DNA of 64,000 nt, from the NCBI RefSeq assembly GCF_009914755.1, contig NC_060926.1; one strand, written 5' to 3'. Shown piece after piece: positions 1-15,337 of this stretch (the stretch's first letter is position 1; each line of letters begins with the position of its first letter). The notes under the pieces are model-generated. The model was not told where the DNA came from and did no database searches. It saw only the letters and a program-made list of their open reading frames with translations. The position numbers and the translations under genes are program-made. The DNA is from the human T2T-CHM13v2.0 reference genome, Homo sapiens.

Positions 1-81
1 TTTATAAACTTATGAAATACAAAGACACAAAGGAGTTCCCTCCACCAATTCTGAAACCTTGTAACAAGCCTAATTTCTTAC

Positions 82-239
82 CACTCCAAGTGCTATTCTT
101 TCCACCTCTATAGTCTTGATTTTGACCTTTCTCTCCAGTATAGTACAGGGAAATAGATCGCCCATCGATCTCTGTTCCCTGCTTTTCTTCAAAGGTTTTC
201 TCTGCATCAGCTTCTGTCTTAAATTCAATATAAGCAATC
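82..239 (-). CDS. NCL: Nucleolin exon 9 (158 nt; RRM2 RNP1 GIAYIEF); gene continues beyond the window's left edge
   Basis: tgcag|G ATT GCT TAT ATT GAA TTT...ACT TGG AGT G|gtaaga. Confidence 0.97.
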
Positions 240-704
240 CTGCAATGGAGGGAGAAGAACTCATGGTTTTTAAAACCATATTAACACAAATGCTTTTACC
301 TCAGCAACACAGAACTTGCTTCAGATCTGAGTACAATAAATGCCCTTAGTTTTATGCCACTTTTCAATCAAAACTCGAGCTTCCCTCTTACTTCCCACTA
401 GTTTTACAAATACTTGGAATTTTTTCATAGTAACCTCACCTCACTGAAAGAACTGCTACTACTTACAAAGTATTTATTGTAAGATAGGCACATTTCTTGC
501 TTCTTTGTAAGTATTAGCTTGTCTTTTAAAATCACCCTATGAGTACATTATCCCCATGGTACAGATGGGTTACTGAGGCACAAACTTACAGGTTAAACTG
601 TCCAAGATTACACGCCTAAGGAAATCAAACCAATATTTCTTTTATAAAGCAGGAAAGTGCATTAATGTTAATAAAACCCTTACATTTCAATAGACAGAAC
701 ATAC

Positions 705-828
705 CCTTTACTTTTCCCATCCTTGCTGACTAATCTGATCTCCGCAGCATCTTCAAACACTTCTTTCAATTCATCCTGAGTGACTTTGTAAGGGAGATTT
801 TTAGCCAAAAGTGTTCTCGCATCTCGCT
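705..828 (-). CDS. NCL: Nucleolin exon 8 (124 nt; RRM2 N-half)
   Basis: ORF 680..1048(-) ERDARTLLAKNLPYKVTQDELKEVFEDAAEIRLVSKDGKSKG. Confidence 0.97.
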
Positions 829-917
829 CTAGATTAAAAAAACAAAAATGAGCTCTGTGGCCTGAAAAACCAAAGGTGGGGGGCAACAACAAAAAGAGGG
901 GAAAAACACACATAGCT

Positions 918-1170
918 CTATTCAACAAATAATTTGAGATCCTATAATGTACAAGGCTCGGTGCTAAATATGGAGATATAGCAGTGTCAACACACAAGTG
1001 GTCCCTCCATGTTGTCACAGCTGATGTCAAACTCTCTGTTAGGTACACTGGAGTTCAACCTAGAGTAGACGCGCATAACAAAAAAAGTGAATGTACCAAT
1101 TCAAAACATTACAACTGTATATAGGGAGTAATTAGGGACCTAATCTAGTTTCAGTGAAGAAAGATCCCTT
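918..1170. mobile_element. Old L2-like fragment in NCL intron 7
   Basis: attcaacaaataatttgag...gtgctaaatatggagatatagcagtg resembles the L2 3' end; boundaries approximate. Confidence 0.55.
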
Positions 1171-1439
1171 TACGTTAATTTAGGTGCATCTAATAATTCT
1201 TGTTCTGTATAAAAGTGCTCTTGCTTGCCTAACTCAGGAATTTACACTATAACACTGACAAGCAGTGCCAAGTACTCTTGTAAACACTGTAGCTCATTTA
1301 ATTCCCACATTAAGAGGAAACCAAAGGAAAAAAATGATTTAAAAAAATAAGAGGAAACCAAGGGAAATGGGTTACAAAGCATTTTCCCTAGCAGTCTAGC
1401 TCCTGAGTTCATTGCATAATCTCATAAAGCCTTACATAC

Positions 1440-1564
1440 CTTTCTTACTGTCTTTTCCTTTTGGTTTCTCTAGTTTAATTTCATTGCCAAAGACTTTCAA
1501 ACCAGTGAGTTCCAACGCTTTCTCCAGGTCTTCAGCAGATTCAAAATCCACATAACCAAATTTC
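1440..1564 (-). CDS. NCL: Nucleolin exon 7 (125 nt; RRM1 RNP1 KFGYVDF)
   Basis: KFGYVDFESAEDLEKALELTGLKVFGNEIKLEKPKGKDSKK; ag/gt boundaries. Confidence 0.97.
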
Positions 1565-2068
1565 CTTCAAGGTGGAGAGGAGGGCAAAATTACAACAGGT
1601 GAAAACACAAATCAAAATCCACAATATGTATTCTAGACAAATGTGATGGTGCAAACAAAGATCACATTTTAAAAAGCACCCCTAGTATTAGCAAAACAAA
1701 GTCAAGGCTCTGCAAACTGCAGCTACAGAACAAGGTCTCAGCATGAAGATATGACATGCACATTCACGTTTGAGGTCTTCATCATGGAGCTAAATTGCTT
1801 ATAAGAATTCACAGTAGCAGCTGACAAAAGAACACCTATAAGCACTAATACAGGAGAATCCTGTCTGGATAAAAGTATTCACTATGATGACTAGACAGGT
1901 CTAATAGTTTCAGGTACTTCCAAGAAAATAAACATTATTTTAAATTGAGACGGTGTCTCAATCTGTTGCCCAGGCTGGAGTACAGTGGCGCGAACTTGGC
2001 TCACTGCAACCTCTGCCTCCCAGGTTCAAGCGATTCTCCCACCTAACACCAAATTATTAAAACTTACT

Positions 2069-2390
<322 letters not shown>

Positions 2391-2590
2391 CTATACCAAG
2401 TTACGACTGATTATGGAAATTGCAACTTAGGGGATCTACAGTTTAATTCTAACTTAGTTCACTAATGCTAATCCTTGAAGATGTTTACAGTATTCATGTT
2501 TAACAGTAGCAGGCTAAAGTAACTGTGCTAACAGGGGAAGGAAAAGCATTAACAGACCCACGTGTATGTAACGTGCAGTGAAGCACTTAC

Positions 2591-2732
2591 CTAGTCATAC
2601 CAATTCTGACATCCACAACAGCAAGATCATTTTTAGCAAAAACATCGCTGATACCAGTTTTTAATTCAGGAGCAGATTTGTTAAAGTTTAGGTTTCCAAC
2701 AAAGAGATTGAAAGCCGTAGTCGGTTCTGTGC
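2591..2732 (-). CDS. NCL: Nucleolin exon 6 (142 nt; RRM1 N-half, RNP2 LFVGNL)
   Basis: GTEPTTAFNLFVGNLNFNKSAPELKTGISDVFAKNDLAVVDVRIGMTR; tgcag| and |gtaagt. Confidence 0.97.
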
Positions 2733-2806
2733 CTGCACAAAAAAAGCTCAACTCAGTCTACTTGTAGTGTGGTAAAAAGTTAGTTTCCAAAGCAAAATTT
2801 CTATAC

Positions 2807-2881
2807 ACAGCACATCAGCACACTACAATGTAACATCAGGTTTCAGTATTAAGTCCCTTTGTTATTCATCATTTGTGCTGT
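2807..2881 (-). ncRNA. SNORD82: Box C/D snoRNA U82 in NCL intron 5
   Basis: Minus strand ACAGCACAA-ATGATGA (box C)...CTGA (D')...CTGA (box D)-TGTGCTGT with 8-bp terminal stem ACAGCACA/TGTGCTGT, 75 nt; known NCL intron-5 snoRNA. Confidence 0.95.
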
Positions 2882-2916
2882 TTATCTCCCCCATATCCCC
2901 TAATTCTGCAAGTTAC

Positions 2917-3003
2917 CTTCCACTTTCTGTTTCTTGGCTTCAGGAGCTGCTTTCTGTTTGGCCATTTCCTTCTTTCGTTTTCCAGGTGCTTCTTTGACAG
3001 GCT
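2917..3003 (-). CDS. NCL: Nucleolin exon 5 (87 nt; bipartite NLS KRKKEMAKQKAAPEAKKQK)
   Basis: tccag|AGCCTGTCAAAGAAGCACC...GTGGAAG|gtaact. Confidence 0.97.
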
Positions 3004-3107
3004 CTGGACAAGATGTCAAACAATGTATCACACATCAGTAGCCACAAACACTTAAGTGCCTCCTTTAAACATAACTCATGTCGTATGTCAGAATCTAATT
3101 TAAGTAC

Positions 3108-3305
3108 CTTCCTCCTCCTCTTCTTCCTCCTCCTCATCATCTTCATCATCATCATCTTCATCATCTTCGTCGTCGTCGTCATCCTCGTCCTCATCATCCT
3201 CTTCTTCATCTTCATCCTCAGCCACGTTCTTGGCTTTCACAGGAACAACTTTTGCAGCTTTCTTTCCTTTGGCTGGTGTAGTCTCCATAGCTTCTTCTTC
3301 AGAGT
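3108..3305 (-). CDS. NCL: Nucleolin exon 4 (198 nt; long D/E tract)
   Basis: ORF 3100..3321(-) DSEEEAMETTPAKGKK...EEEEEEEE; ttcag| and |gtactt. Confidence 0.97.
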
Positions 3306-3407
3306 CTGAAAGAGAAGTCACCTAAAAATTGCAGCAATCTCCCAAAACCAACATCGGTTTTCAAATCTAATGTAAAGAAAATGCAATCCTGTCACCATGT
3401 TTAGTTA

Positions 3408-3739
<332 letters not shown>

Positions 3740-3978
3740 TCACTTAGAAACAAAATCCTACATTATAAAAAACACTAATAGAATGTGCTATTGAAATTTT
3801 CTCAAGAGGCACAAAAATCATTCATGGGTAATTAAGTCTAGCACACCACAACAACCCAGAGAATTCCCACAAGGATTCTAATCTCATCTCCAGGTTGTCG
3901 TGGAAGGAATATGTTGATCCCAGAATCTCAAGATACCTTGTAATCAGAAGCCCAGTAACTACCAAGACAACTCCTTAC

Positions 3979-4456
3979 CATCTTCCTCATCGTCATCGTC
4001 ATCCTCATCATCTTCGTCATCCTCATCGTCCTCATCCTCTGAGGCAGGGGCAGCAGCTGCTGCTTTCATCGCTGCTGGTTCAATTTCATCTTCATCCTCA
4101 TCCTCGTCCTCGTCATCCTCCTCATCCTCCTCACTGTCATCATCCTCCTCTTCATCACTGTCTTCCTTCTTGGCATTCTTGCCATTCTTTGCCCCCTTGG
4201 CTGGGATGGCAGCACCCTTCTTACCAGGAGTTGCTACCAATGCTTTGCCTGGTGTGGCTCCCTTCTTGCCAGGTGTGGTAACTGCTTTGGCTGGTGTAAC
4301 TGTCTTCTTGGCAGGTGTTGCTGCTGCCTTTTTGCCTGGAGTGACAGCTGCTTTCTTGGCTGGTGTGGCAACTGCAACCTTTTTTGTTGGGGAAACGACC
4401 ACCTTCTTTGCTGAGGTTGCAGCAGCCTTCTTGCCTTTCTTCTGAGGTATGACGAC
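3979..4456 (-). CDS. NCL: Nucleolin exon 3 (478 nt; TPxKK repeats and acidic tracts)
   Basis: ORF 3959..4516(-) VVIPQKKGKKAAATSAKK...TPAKK/TPGKK...DEED; canonical ag/gt boundaries. Confidence 0.98.
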
Positions 4457-5638
4457 CTTGAGAATAAATGAAAACCAAACCAGTAAGTCCAGCCCCACAC
4501 CCAAAAAGATAACCATGGTCCCAATGAGATGTTAGACTCTGGCAATGCCTCTGGTTCAAGACCACATGCACTAGACACATTAGCATGTTAAACTCCAGGC
4601 TTCTGTTATGTTGTCTTAAGTCAGAGCCCCTATCATAAGGTGAATACCCAGACATAAGGAACTCTTTTGAACACTTAAAAATACCTCTGAACCAGACCCT
4701 CTGAATTCTTACACCTCATACTTTCCCAAGCCCCAACTTTCTCATCTGAAAATGGTAATAGTATCATCCTTACATGTTTAAGGATCATGAATTGCTATGT
4801 GTAAATTATTCAGAACCTTACACATAGGAGGCTCCAAGCATTAACTTATTAAATCATTTGGGGCTCCTACAGTGGGTGGCGGTACCAAGCCCAGTGAAGC
4901 TCAATTCTTAGGACCTGAGACAAAAAATGAATAGGCTAAATATAAATATTCCTTACAAAACTATCACACATCAAAGAGTGTGCATGGTAGTTTGATAAAA
5001 GTCATCATTTAGCTACATTAAAATCCCGTAGTTTTATCAGGCAATGTGTGGAAGAGTAAAACTTTCATTCAGTTCTCAACGAGAAACCTGAGCACAATTC
5101 AGTGCTCAGCTGTCTTTATAGTGAGCAAATAAAAGGCCAGGAGTGCTAAAGAGGGTCAATGGTAACACAAAGAGAGGTGGCAGCCCTCAGTCTACACCAG
5201 AGATAACTATAAAACACAGTGAGTAGTATTACAAAGTTTATATATAATGGAATGGAGACCAATTAATTTTAATTGGAGGCTAGGAAAGGAATCTGGTAAG
5301 GTTATCCTCAGCTCTGAATACAATGCCCAGCTCTACATGTGGGGGTGAGGCTAACATGTTGAAACTGGAAAAATGTAATGATTTAACACAACAAATCACA
5401 CTCCAAGCCCTGCAGAGGAACATGTAAAAGAAATTCCCAGATCTCGTCTTACACTCACATTCAAATACTTAGCCAAATGACATCTTGACATGTCAATGAA
5501 GAGCTTGTGAAACACTCAACCACTACAATAAGACATACCTGAATAAAATCTTATTTTTGCCACAGATATCCAATTTCATGTCTTAACTCTCCATTTTGTA
5601 GTTTTAACATAATTCTGCATTAAGTTGGATAAAATTAC

Positions 5639-5755
5639 CTCTTCTCCACTGCTATCATCTTCTTCATCTTCTGACATTTCCTCATCTTCACTATCTTCTT
5701 CTACCTCCTTTGGAGGAGGAGCCATTTTCTTGGGGTCACCTTGATTTTTACCTGC
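5639..5755 (-). CDS. NCL: Nucleolin exon 2 (117 nt, AGKNQGDPKKMAPPPKEVEEDSEDEEMSEDEEDDSSGEE)
   Basis: tttag|GCAGGT...GAAGAG|gtaatt; phase 0-0; first acidic tract. Confidence 0.97.
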
Positions 5756-6208
5756 CTAAAATGGACACAAATAGATCATTACACCTCCACCTCGACATTT
5801 CAGGCCATTCATATTTTGCCATTAGTGTTCATACGCCATCATCTCCGTCCTCAGATCCATTTCTCATAGTGCCAAACACCACAACTAACATAGAAACTAC
5901 TCCTGATGGCAATGCAAGAGGGACTACTCTCAACCGCCCACATTTTTCCTCCCAGGCTTTACCAACAGAAAACCTGCCCTAAGGTAAAAAGTCAACCTGA
6001 GGAAATGATTTCTCCTCCCGTTACCTTAGTTAAGCACAACCGTGTTTTAATACTACAAATCCCGGTACTTTATTCTACCACCCTCATCTGAATCCAAATT
6101 AACGGTGAAGATCATTAAGGCACTTAAAAAAATGACTACCTTGATTTTCTCATGAAGCTTATGCCTTTCCCAGCGAGACAACCCCGCCCCTTAAAGAGGC
6201 GGCGCGGC

Positions 6209-6452
6209 CACGTGGGGGTACCTGGTAGGCCACCACGTGCCCGAAACACAGCGCAAAAGGCACGCGGCAGAGCCACCTTCCGGGGCCCACCACGTGTCGG
6301 CTTGCCAGGCCGGGGCGGAGACATCCGAGCGCAGCCGGGACTCCGACTAGGGCCGATACCGCCATTTCCCGGCCCAAGGCACCCGGTCCCTCTGGAGATT
6401 CCAGGACCTACGCGGCGCGGCCCACGTGGCAGGCCGCGCTCCCGGGCACGTG
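6209..6452. promoter_or_regulatory. Cluster of five canonical E-boxes (CACGTG) in NCL intron 1
   Basis: CACGTG at 6209, 6234, 6291, 6423, 6447; NCL is an established MYC target via intron-1 E-boxes. Confidence 0.85.
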
Positions 6453-6774
6453 CGTCAGGAGTCGAGTCCCAGCTCGTACGCGTCGCAAAAGTTTGGTCTC
6501 ATCTCTCCACCCCGAGGCCCAGCGCCCCCTCCCCGCGCTCAGTGACTCTGTCTTTCCCGCCGCGTTCGCCGCCCCCAGCACCTGCAGAAGCTCTTCACCT
6601 CGCCACCAAGTAGCCAGAAGCCGCGAGACCTCCCCACTAATCGCGCGAGACTTCCCGCAGCATGGCGCCCTAGAACGCGCCCGGGACTGCGCGCAGGCCC
6701 TCCTCCCCGCGGCGCCGCGCTCGCCCCTCGGAAAGCAGGCCTACACGTCTGCGCTCGCGCTCAAGGCCGTTTAC

Positions 6775-6933
6775 CTTCGCGAGCTTCACCATGATGGCGG
6801 CGGAGTGTGAAGCGGACAAGTGGCGCAGATGAGTCCAGAAGAAGCCAAGCGACGGCGATGGCGGCCGCGGGTGCTGAAGATCCCGGAGCACGTACACCCG
6901 AAGGCCAGCGAGAGCTCGAGACTGAGGCGAAAG
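6775..6933 (-). CDS. NCL: Nucleolin exon 1 (5'UTR plus MVKLAK; ATG at 6792, coding 6775-6792)
   Basis: Minus strand GCCGCCATC ATG GTG AAG CTC GCG AAG|gtaaac; 5' end placed at the pyrimidine-rich CTTTCGCCTCAGTCTCGAG start recalled for NCL mRNA (approximate). Confidence 0.97.
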
Positions 6934-8184
6934 ACTGAGCCTGCCCAGTAATCGCCTGTGGAAAGGCGACGACGGCGCCCTCGTGACTCCGCGCCGACCA
7001 ACCAAAGCTCGCGGCCGTCCCCATGAGCCAATCGCGAGCCTCTAACCGTGAACGGCGCGGGGCGGGGAGTAGGCGGGCCGAGGCGGCCACGGGAGGGGGA
7101 GGGGCTGGCAACGGCGCCGTGGGGGCGGGGCTCGCTTTGTGCAAGGTCCGCGCTGATTGGGCCGTGGGCGCGCGGGTCCCGGCCTGCGTCGTGGGACTGG
7201 CGTTTTTGGCGCCGGCTGTGAGGGGAGCGCGGGGGTGGTGGAATCGGGCGGTCTCCGGTTCGCCAATGTGGCTGGGTCCGTAGGCTTGGGCAGCCTTGGA
7301 GTTCCTCAGAGACCCCGCGCTCGGTCCCGGCACGCACTCACGCCGCGGCTCCTGGTGGCCCTGGAGCGAGGAGTCCGCCAGCACCGGAAGTTCAGGGACC
7401 GCGGAGTTCCCGTTGGCCCTTTTGGAGGCACAGCTTATCCCTGCTTGCCCGCGAGCATGGGGCCGGAGGCACCCCCCGGCTGCAGGCAGTCTCCTGAGAG
7501 CTGTTAATAAAGGCAGTCGCGGGTCTGTGCGAGGTTTTCTGTGAGAAATGCACGAACCTCCCCTACCCCACAGAACCTCAAGCGGGAGATATTTCTCGAC
7601 ATGGGGAACGGCCTCGGAGAAGTAACTTTCTGGCCTCACAGGGCAGGGAGAGGGGCCTGGGAGGGCCGACCGCAGAGCCGGGCCTTTGACCGCCCACAGG
7701 TTCCCTGGTTATTATTTGGGTCGAATGCGCCAATTAAGGTGGTGGCTGCGAAGTCAGTGTCACCAGATGGCCCGGGAGCAGGTCGAGAGCCACCGGCAGG
7801 GTTCCCCGGCGGCAGGGCGAAGGAGGCCGCCAGTGACTTCCACGGTTAGCTTTGTGGGTGGGTCTCACTCGATGCCGGGCTTAGCAAACCAGAGCATTTC
7901 CCTCCGTCCAGGGCCTGCCGGGGATCCATCCCATCCATAGGTCCAGCTATGGATCCATCCATACCTCATTGTTCCTACAGAACCAGGATATCTGCAGCTA
8001 CGGCTGTACTTGTTAAAAATCACCTCAGGCCGGGCGCGGTGGCTCAGATCCGCAATCCCAGCATTTTGGGAGGCCGAGGCGCATGAACCGGGGAGGCGGA
8101 GGTTGCAGTGAGCCGAGATCGCCCACTGCACTCCAGCCTGGGCGACAGAGCGAGACTCCGTCTCAGAAAGAAAAGCATTTGTTA

Positions 8185-8462
<278 letters not shown>

Positions 8463-11400
8463 TCAAAAAAAAAAAAAAGAAAGAAAATAAAATTATTTGT
8501 TAAATGAATGAAGTATTTAGGTAGAAGCAGCAGCAGGGAGAGCCGGCATGGCTCAAGTGGCGTTGCTTTGGAGTTGGTCTGGGGCAGCAAAATAGCAATA
8601 TCTAACACTTCATAATGCTGATTCAGTGCCAGGCGCTCTTCCAGCTCTTTACATATTAATTAACTTACTCTTCAAAATAACCTTTCCAAAAAGTTACCAC
8701 TGTTTTACAGAAACTGGGACATAGAGGTAAATTAACTTGTCCAGGGTCGCATAGCTAGCAGTGGAGGCGTAGGATATAAGTGAAGACACTGCTGTGTCAT
8801 CCCAGTTTCTTTTTTTTGAGACAGAATCTCACTCTGTCACCCAGGCTGGAGTGCAGTGGCAGGATCATGGCTCACTGCAGCCTTGACATCCCCAGCTATA
8901 TCAATCCTCCCTCCTCAGCCTCCCAAAGGTGAGCCACCACGTCTGGCCTGTTTGTTTCTAAATGCTTTTTTGTTTTCTTTTGAAAACATGAGTATTTATT
9001 GAATTGTAAAGTATACACATAGTGCAAAATTCAAAAGATTCAAACAGATGCACAATAAAAGGTCTCCCTCCCGTTCCTGTCCCCTAGGCCTCCCAGTCTC
9101 AAGGCAGTGGCAGTCTCTTGTATATCCTTCCAGATTCAGCCGTACGTGCAAATAGACAAGTATATTTGTTATATTTAATACAAACGCTATCATATACACT
9201 GTTCTGAGCTCTTCTTTTGTGTTAACTATATGTATCTTGTAACTCATCCTACATCAGCACATGTAGAGCTGCCTCATTCTTTTTAATAGCTACATGGCAT
9301 TCCTTGTGTGGAAGGATCACAATTTATCTAGTCACCATTGCTGGATAGTTAGGGTTTTTTGCTATGTTTGGCCATTACAAACTGCTATAGCAAATATTCT
9401 CACTTACGTTATTTTACACAAATCATATCTGTAGAACAGCTGGGTCAAGGGTATGGACTTTCACATTTTCATAGATGTTCTCCCAAGTGCTGTCTTTGGT
9501 TGGGGTTTTCCATGGCCGTTCCAGCCAAGAGCGACCCCACCTGCTCCAGCTGGCTCAGATTATCTGCTGCCCCTGAGCTCCAAGGCTGGGAGACAGTGCT
9601 CCACGTTTTAGCAGAGGAAGAACTAGATGGTGGTGAGAGGTGTGAGCATGGCTCTAATTATTGTGGGGAGTGTGACTAGTCTCAGACACCAGCCAAGAAG
9701 CTGCAGGGATACCACTGCCTTGAGTGGCCACTGGCTGCTTCTTTGGGCCTGCATGGACCCGGCCCAACTCTGTCTGCTGCTGTGGTCTGGCTGCCCCCCA
9801 TGAAACCTGTGTAGTGAGGCACCCACTTGGGACACCCATGGGCACTTCTGACCCCTGAGACCCAGTAGGCCATAGTGGGCCTCATACTCATGCTAGGATC
9901 TGACAGCCCACTGGAGGGGGTCTGCAGGCTTCCAAGGATTAACTCCACTTCCCAGGACTGGGCTTCTAGGAAATAAGTGTCTCAGTTAGGCTCCAACTAG
10001 CCAAGAAAAATCACATTGAGTATTTAAAAAAGAGGGAGCTTAGCGCAGGGACGTGGTGACATGAGGGATAGAATTGCTGAGAAGCCGAGGGGACTGAGCA
10101 GGAAGCAGCTGCCCCCCTTCCAGGCTCTTCCACTGAAGGCTATGATGAGGGCCCGGGCTGATGCCAGGGAAGCTTCAGAAGGTCAGGAGGTTGGGGACAT
10201 CCTGTGTCTCCCCTGCTCCTCCCCCTGAGTTGCAGGTAGGGCTGGCCAGACCCAGCCAGCACCCAGCCCACAAAGCCTGCAGGGTGAGTCCCTGCCATGT
10301 AGGCCGAGCAGGGCAGGGCTGGGCACCCCAGCTGGCCGGGAGGGAGTTCACAGCCTCAGCTTCCAGAGCTCCAGGTCTGCTGAGTGTGAAGGCCTGGGGT
10401 GTCTGCTATGAAGTTCCCTTTACCAGTCCAGCCTCCTTCTGTCTTCCTTCTGTCTTTGGGTTCACTGAGGCCTTTGGATACTGCCCAGATCTTCCCCAAC
10501 ACTTTCCCCCAGATGTCAAAGGGGGACCCTAAGCTCTTCCTCCCTTGCCAGGCCTTGCTTAGTGTGTTAGCGAGCCTTTCCCAGAGGAGGCATCTGTGTC
10601 TCAGGGTCCCAGGAGCCGGAGCCAGAGAACCCAGCCTTTGTCTTCCCGAGGCAGCCCGAGAAGCTTCACCTGTTCACCCAGAGGTAGAGTCAGCCCGTTG
10701 CCAACAACTGCAGGCCCCTGAGCCTGCTGGAGGAGGGTGTTGTGGGCCCCAGATCAACGTCATCCCCAACTTCCCTGCTGCACCTCCCAGGCCTCTCCAT
10801 CCAGGAGGTTGGGCCCTGCTGGAGAGAAATCTGTGATGATGCAGATTTGGGGCCTCCAAATGCCCTGCCCTCCCAGCAGCTGCCCTGGTAGCAGCCCCAG
10901 CTGCTAGCCCAGATCATCTTCCAGGAGCTCCTGAACGCTCTCATTTCCCTCTCCCCAGCCTCTATGCCAAGCCTCTTCCCTCAGGCCCCTCACCTCTCCT
11001 TCTCTGCCCTCCCTGTCAACAGAGTTACTCTATCTTCTCCTTCATAGGGAAGGACAAACCTCCCAGAGGGATTCCCACCCTCTGATTTCTATACATTTGC
11101 AGACATCCTGAGCTCTCTCTGCCACTCCAAAGCCCCAAGGAAACCAGAGTCTTTCTCTATAGCACCCCTTCCCCTGTGCCAGCGAGCCCCTCCTCACCCC
11201 CTCCTGGGGTTCCCACTACAGTGATCTCCTCAGCTGTCACTCGCCACTTTTTTGTGTTTTTTGGTGTGTGGGTGTGTGGGGGTGTGGGTGTGTGTTTTTG
11301 GACTCACTCTGTTGGCCAGGCTGGAGTCCAGTGGTGTTAACACAGCTCACTGCAGCCTCGACATCCCAGGCTCAGGTGATCCTCCCACCTCAGTCCCTTA

Positions 11401-11867
11401 AGTAGCTAAGACTACAGGCGTTTGCTACCACGCCCAGCTACTTTTTGTATTTTTTATTTGTTTGTTTTTGAGACAGAGTCTTGCTCTGTTGCCCAGGCTG
11501 GAGTGCAGTGGCGTAATCTCGGCTCACTGCAAGCTCCGCCTCCTGTGTTCAAGCGATTCCCCTGCCTCAGCCTCCCTCCCGAGTAGCTGGGACTCCAGGC
11601 ACCCACCACCACGCCTGGCTAATTTTTTGTATTTTTAGTAGAGACAGGGTTTCACTGTGTTAGCCAGGATGGTCTCCATCTCCTGATCTCCTGATTCGCC
11701 TGCCTCAGCCTCCCAAAGTGCTGGGATTACAGGCGTGAGCCACCACGCCTGGCCTGCCACCTGCCATTTCAATACCTCCTTCCCTTCCATTGCCTTTTTC
11801 AGGAACAAGCTCTTGGGAAGAGTTGACAACAGTTGCTCCCAGCTCCACCAGGTCCCCCAGGCTCCCA

Positions 11868-11939
11868 GCCCCTGCAGGTGCCCTACAACCCTGCCCCTGT
11901 AGGTGCCCTACAACCCTGCCCCTGTAGGTGCCCTACAAC
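11868..11939. repeat. 25-bp minisatellite, about 3 copies (ccctgcccctgtaggtgccctacaa)
   Basis: Direct tandem copies visible; each contains the inverted pair tgtagg/cctaca. Confidence 0.85.
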
Positions 11940-12469
11940 ACGCTCTTTGTTGCTAGCCAGAAGGACCCCTTGCAGACCTTCTCTCTCATGTCTCTTGACC
12001 CTTCTGCAGCTTCTGTCTCTTGACCACATCCTCCTTGGAGCTTCCCCTCTGCCTCCCTGACACTTCTCTCTCCTGGCCTCTTTCCTCTTTGCCTACCTTC
12101 TTCCTTTCTCAAAGAAGAGTGTTTGCACCTTTCTCTCCCCTTGACTTTCTCTCACTGGTGACACCCTTATCCGGTGGCCTCAGCTACCATCTGTGTGTAC
12201 CCCACCTACTTGGGGCCACTCCTCCACAGCGGCTCCACCTTCCCGTGGGCAGTGCCATCTGAAGGTTCCCAAATCAGGGTTTCTTCAGGAGCAACTTTCT
12301 TCCTCATTAACCCAGTGGCTTAGCAGACATCTCCCTTTGGTGCCCTATAAAACTTCAGACTCCAAGTAGAGTGTCCCACTGTGAATTCAGCCTCTTCCTC
12401 CACCCCTGAACTGCTGTCTTTCCTACCTCAATAAAGGAGAGACAGCTCCCAGCTTACCTAGCCAAGAGC

Positions 12470-12930
12470 CAGTACGTTATCTTAGTCTGCTGGAGCTGCT
12501 ATAACTTTAGACGGGGTCCTTTATAAACAACAGAAATGTGTTACCTGCACATTGTGCACATGTACCCTAAAACTTAAAGTATAATAATAATAAATTTTAA
12601 AAAAAGAAAAAAAATTAAAAAAAAAAAAAAAAAAAAAAAAAGAAATGTGTTACAGTTCTGGAGGCTGGATATCCAAGATCAGAGCACTGGCAGATTTGGT
12701 GTCTGTGAAGACCTCTCTCCTAGACGGTGCCCTTTTTGCTGCTTCTTCAGAGGCAGAAGGAGTCCACAGGCTCCTGTGAGCCCCTTTTAAAAGGACATTA
12801 ATCCCATTCTCAAGGGTGGAGCCTCCGGAGCTAATCACCTCCTACAGGCACCACCTCTTCATACTCTTGCCTTGGGGATTAGCTTTCAACATATGAATTT
12901 GGAGGGACACCAGCATTCAGATCATAGCAT
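12470..12930. mobile_element. MaLR (MLT1/MST-type) solo LTR
   Basis: ttagtctgctggagctgctataac...acagttctggaggctgg...ggattagctttcaacatatgaatttggagggacac, typical MaLR LTR motifs. Confidence 0.75.
12545..12640 (+). mobile_element. Extremely 5'-truncated L1PA 3' end with poly(A), inserted into the MaLR LTR
   Basis: ctgcacattgtgcacatgtaccctaaaacttaaagtataataataa plus A tail; TSD agaaatgtgttac at 12532-12544 and 12641-12653. Confidence 0.88.
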
Positions 12931-13315
12931 TGTCTAGACCCTGACCTCTCCCTCAGCTCCCAGTCACCCCAGCCTGGGCTTCGAGTGTCTTTGGAGTGGG
13001 TCCACTCTGCTTTCCACCGCCCTTCTCTTACTGCCCCTGCTCAAGTTCCTGCCTGGATTAACCCAGCCATTCCAAGTCAGCCACCCTGACCTGTCTTGCC
13101 CTGTATCTTAACCTACCATGTGGCAGCCACATCAGTTTTCCTCAGCAGCAGATAAAAACACATTCTTCTAATTAAGGGATTTCAGTGACTTCTGACTGCC
13201 AGCAGGAGAAAATCCAAGTGCCTCAACCCACATTGAAAACCCCTTCCTGAGGCCAGTGGCTCACTCCTGTAATCCCAGCATTTTGGAAGGCCAAGGCAGG
13301 TGGATCACGAGGTCA

Positions 13316-13519
<204 letters not shown>

Positions 13520-13541
13520 TCAAAGAAAACCCCTTCCTGCT

Positions 13542-14748
<1,207 letters not shown>

Positions 14749-15045
14749 GTGCCCAGACTCCAAGCCAACTGGACTATCCATCTTCTTCCAGGGGGCCCGC
14801 TGGCCTCTGTCCCACCTCCACCACTTCTTGTGCTCCTTCCCCTGCCTGAGATGACCCCCTCCATCTCTGGCCTCCTGATCGTCCTTCAGGACTAAACCAC
14901 CTTCCTGGGGTCCTCCCTGTAATCCCCAGGCTGGGTCAGGTCCTCCTCCTTGTGCTACTGCACCAGCTGCACAACACTCATGGGTGAGCATGCTCATGCA
15001 TGTCTCCCCACTCCACTGTGAGCTGCTGCTTTTTTTTTTTTGTCA

Positions 15046-15228
<183 letters not shown>

Positions 15229-15337
15229 TCAGGAGGCTGAGGCAGAAGAATCACTTGAACCTGGGAGGCAGAGGTTGAGGTAAGCCAAGATCGCACCATT
15301 GCACTCCAGCCTGGGCAAGAAGACTGAAACTCTGTCG

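Larger units (their letters stand above)
6100..7900. promoter_or_regulatory. NCL CpG island / TATA-less promoter with CCAAT and GC boxes
   Basis: Very high CpG density; GCCAATC ~7027, GATTGG ~7155, GGGGCGGGG ~7059 and ~7122. Confidence 0.9.

Noticed and set aside
6761-7639. 292-aa ORF extending in frames around NCL exon 1
   Set aside because: Stop-poor CpG island artefact; low-complexity P/A/R content, no domain
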